Shown here: positions 62,200-64,000 of the stretch, piece after piece | Layout: each line of letters opens with the position of its first letter | Position numbering within the stretch: position 1 is the first letter of the stretch | NCBI GenBank assembly: GCA_965218095.1 | Contig: OZ244587.1 | Coordinates: 4,832,001 to 4,896,000 of the forward strand | DNA from: Candidatus Poribacteria bacterium | GTDB lineage: Bacteria > Poribacteria > WGA-4E > PCPOR2b | Length of the DNA stretch: 64,000 bases | Direction: 5' to 3' | Program-made: the position numbers and the translations under genes | Notes under the pieces: generated by a model | Seen by the model: the letters and a program-made list of their open reading frames with translations, nothing else | What the model was told of the DNA's origin: nothing | Database searches by the model: none

Positions 62200-63198
62200 A
62201 TGAGCCAAAGATACAAAGTTGCCATCGTCGGCTGCGGTGGAATTGCCAAAGCGCACGGAAACGCATGGAAAGACCTCCCGGAGATTGACTTCGTTGGCGC
62301 ATGCGATGTTAAATTCGAGGCGCTCAAAAGTTTCGCAGAACAGTTCGACGTCAAAAACAGATACAACGATTTGAGACGGATGCTCGAACGGCAGGAGCCG
62401 GACATATTGGTGGTCGCAACATGGCCCACGCTCCACCTGAAGCACCTCCTAGAAGGTGTGCGCGGTGGGGTTAAGGCGATTCTTTGCGAAAAGCCGATTG
62501 CAGTCAACGCCACCCAAGTTGAACAGATGATCCAAGTGACCTCGTCAGCCAACGTCCTCTTAATGGAAGGGTTCATGTATCGCCATCACCCTCTGACGCT
62601 TTGCGTCAAGCGGCATATCCTCGACGGCGCAATTGGCGAGGTCCGTTTTGTCGGCTCCACGTTCTCGACTGGGCTGACGGATCGAACGAATTGGCGTCTG
62701 CGCGGTGATCAGGGAGGCGGGGCGATAATGGATCTCGGCTGTTACTGCATCAACGTCATCCGTTATATGATTGGGGCGGAACCACAATCCGTCTGGGCGA
62801 CAGGAAAGTTTGAACCAATCAGCGATGTGTGGGACACGCTGATTGGGACGCTGGATTTCGGCGATGGCGTTACCGGACAATTTGATTGCAGCTTCGGTTG
62901 GACATGGCGTGAATCGTACGAAGTGGCTGGAACAAAAGGGACGATTGTCGTGCCACGCGCATGGGGAAACAGCGAAGGAGCGTGTAGTTTCACGCTGATA
63001 CGAGACGGTCAGGCGGAGACGGTGAAGGTTGAAGGGGCGAATCCGTATGCGGCTGAGCTCTTGAGCCTGTGCAAAGCCTTATCCACCGGGAAGCCACCCC
63101 GCCTGACTACGGATGATGCGCTCTGGAACATGCGTGTGATCGATAGGCTGCACGAATCGGCGCACACGGGGCAGCGTATCAATATACGTGATGCGTAA
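62200..63198 (+). CDS. Gfo/Idh/MocA oxidoreductase
   Basis: AAGGAG RBS at MSQRYK; IVGCGGIA, CEKP, EGFMYRHHP, GGGAIMDLGCY. Confidence 0.9.
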   Translation: MSQRYKVAIVGCGGIAKAHGNAWKDLPEIDFVGACDVKFEALKSFAEQFDVKNRYNDLRRMLERQEPDILVVATWPTLHLKHLLEGVRGGVKAILCEKPIAVNATQVEQMIQVTSSANVLLMEGFMYRHHPLTLCVKRHILDGAIGEVRFVGSTFSTGLTDRTNWRLRGDQGGGAIMDLGCYCINVIRYMIGAEPQSVWATGKFEPISDVWDTLIGTLDFGDGVTGQFDCSFGWTWRESYEVAGTKGTIVVPRAWGNSEGACSFTLIRDGQAETVKVEGANPYAAELLSLCKALSTGKPPRLTTDDALWNMRVIDRLHESAHTGQRINIRDA

Positions 63199-63249
63199 TG
63201 CGTAATGCGTAAAACGTAATGCGATAATTCTTGGTGGGAGGGTGAACCG

Positions 63250-63466
63250 CTTGAATTGTTAGGAATTAAACATTTCGATGCTTTACACCTTGCTTGTGCC
63301 GATCGCCCCATTGCCTGGACTCTTCGACGCGAATAGCTCCGGCAAAACCAGTATCTTGCAGGTACTGCTCATGCTCAAGCAGACCGTGGAGCGTCCATTG
63401 AATTGGAATGAAGCACTTTACTTCGGTGATGAGAAGTCGCGGGTCAATTTAGGCAACTTCGATGAC
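63250..63466 (+). pseudogene. Abutting fragments of a PIN protein and an AAA ATPase
   Basis: LELLGIKHFDALHLACA (63250-63300), then APLPGLFDANSSGKTSILQVLLMLKQT in another frame. Confidence 0.55.
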
Positions 63467-63524
63467 AGATCGTCGAATTTATCTGTGAAACTGACATTCA
63501 ACAATTACACAAGGATTCAATCTA

Positions 63525-64000
63525 ATGGCAAACTATCAAGAACTGGCAAATCTCGTTTGGAATGTGGCGGATGATGTCCTCAGAGGGCTGTTCAAACCGC
63601 ACGAATACGGCGACATCACCCTACCGTTTCTCGTGCTGCGTCGATTGGACTGCATCTTAGACGAGGGCGGACGAAAAGGGAAAGCCATCAATACCTTCAA
63701 TCAATACAATGGCAAAGTATCTGAAGACGTGCTACCGCCGATTATTCTGAGAGAGACAAACACCCGTTTCTACAACACCTCCCAGTACGACCTATCTCGA
63801 CTGAAAGCCGACCCCAACAATATCCATCTCAACTTCGAGAACTACCTCAACGGATTCAGTAAGGACGTGCGCGACATCATCGAAAACTTCAACCTCGATC
63901 AGTTTATCGAGCGACTGCACAAAAACAATCGACTGTTCATCTTCTGCGATAAGTTTACCGAAGTCGATCTCCATCCGGACCAGGTGGACAACCATACGAT
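63525..64000 (+). CDS. hsdM: Type I R-M methyltransferase HsdM (partial, runs off window end)
   Basis: Not in ORF track. MANYQELANLVWNVADDVLRGLFKPHEYGDITLPFLVLRRLDC...FYNTS..YLNGFS..VRDII. Confidence 0.9.
   Translation, partial: MANYQELANLVWNVADDVLRGLFKPHEYGDITLPFLVLRRLDCILDEGGRKGKAINTFNQYNGKVSEDVLPPIILRETNTRFYNTSQYDLSRLKADPNNIHLNFENYLNGFSKDVRDIIENFNLDQFIERLHKNNRLFIFCDKFTEVDLHPDQVDNHT

Overview
Bacterial chromosomal window of roughly 50% GC. The gene complement suggests a Candidatus Poribacteria-like (sponge-symbiont-type) genome; this is an inference from the PNYPNPFNPETWIPYQL C-terminal domain, PhyH and Gfo/Idh/MocA paralogues and a eukaryote-like LRR. Intact housekeeping and catabolic genes (korAB with two CBS genes, rsmB, glpK with a sigma54 two-component system, uxuA, pckA, tgt, recA, several oxidoreductases) alternate with eroded accessory stretches. 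These include an ECF/FecR-linked efflux operon with all transport genes broken (one by an intact IS5/IS427-type element), a defence-island graveyard (27.6-33.9 kb) and many internally collapsed gene remnants. At least four families of small repeats or MITE-like elements are present. The most unusual items are: (1) an intact ECF sigma factor fused to 11 eukaryote-like LRRs, with a strong in-frame internal ribosome-binding site that could yield a free LRR isoform; (2) a PhyH pair made of an HxG (halogenase-like) enzyme and an apparent pseudo-enzyme; (3) two promoter-driven structured RNA candidates; (4) a candidate LexA operator in the recA promoter; (5) a terminal-inverted-repeat element family with unrelated interiors. 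No rRNA, tRNA or CRISPR array was seen. All family assignments are from motif recognition, not database searches.
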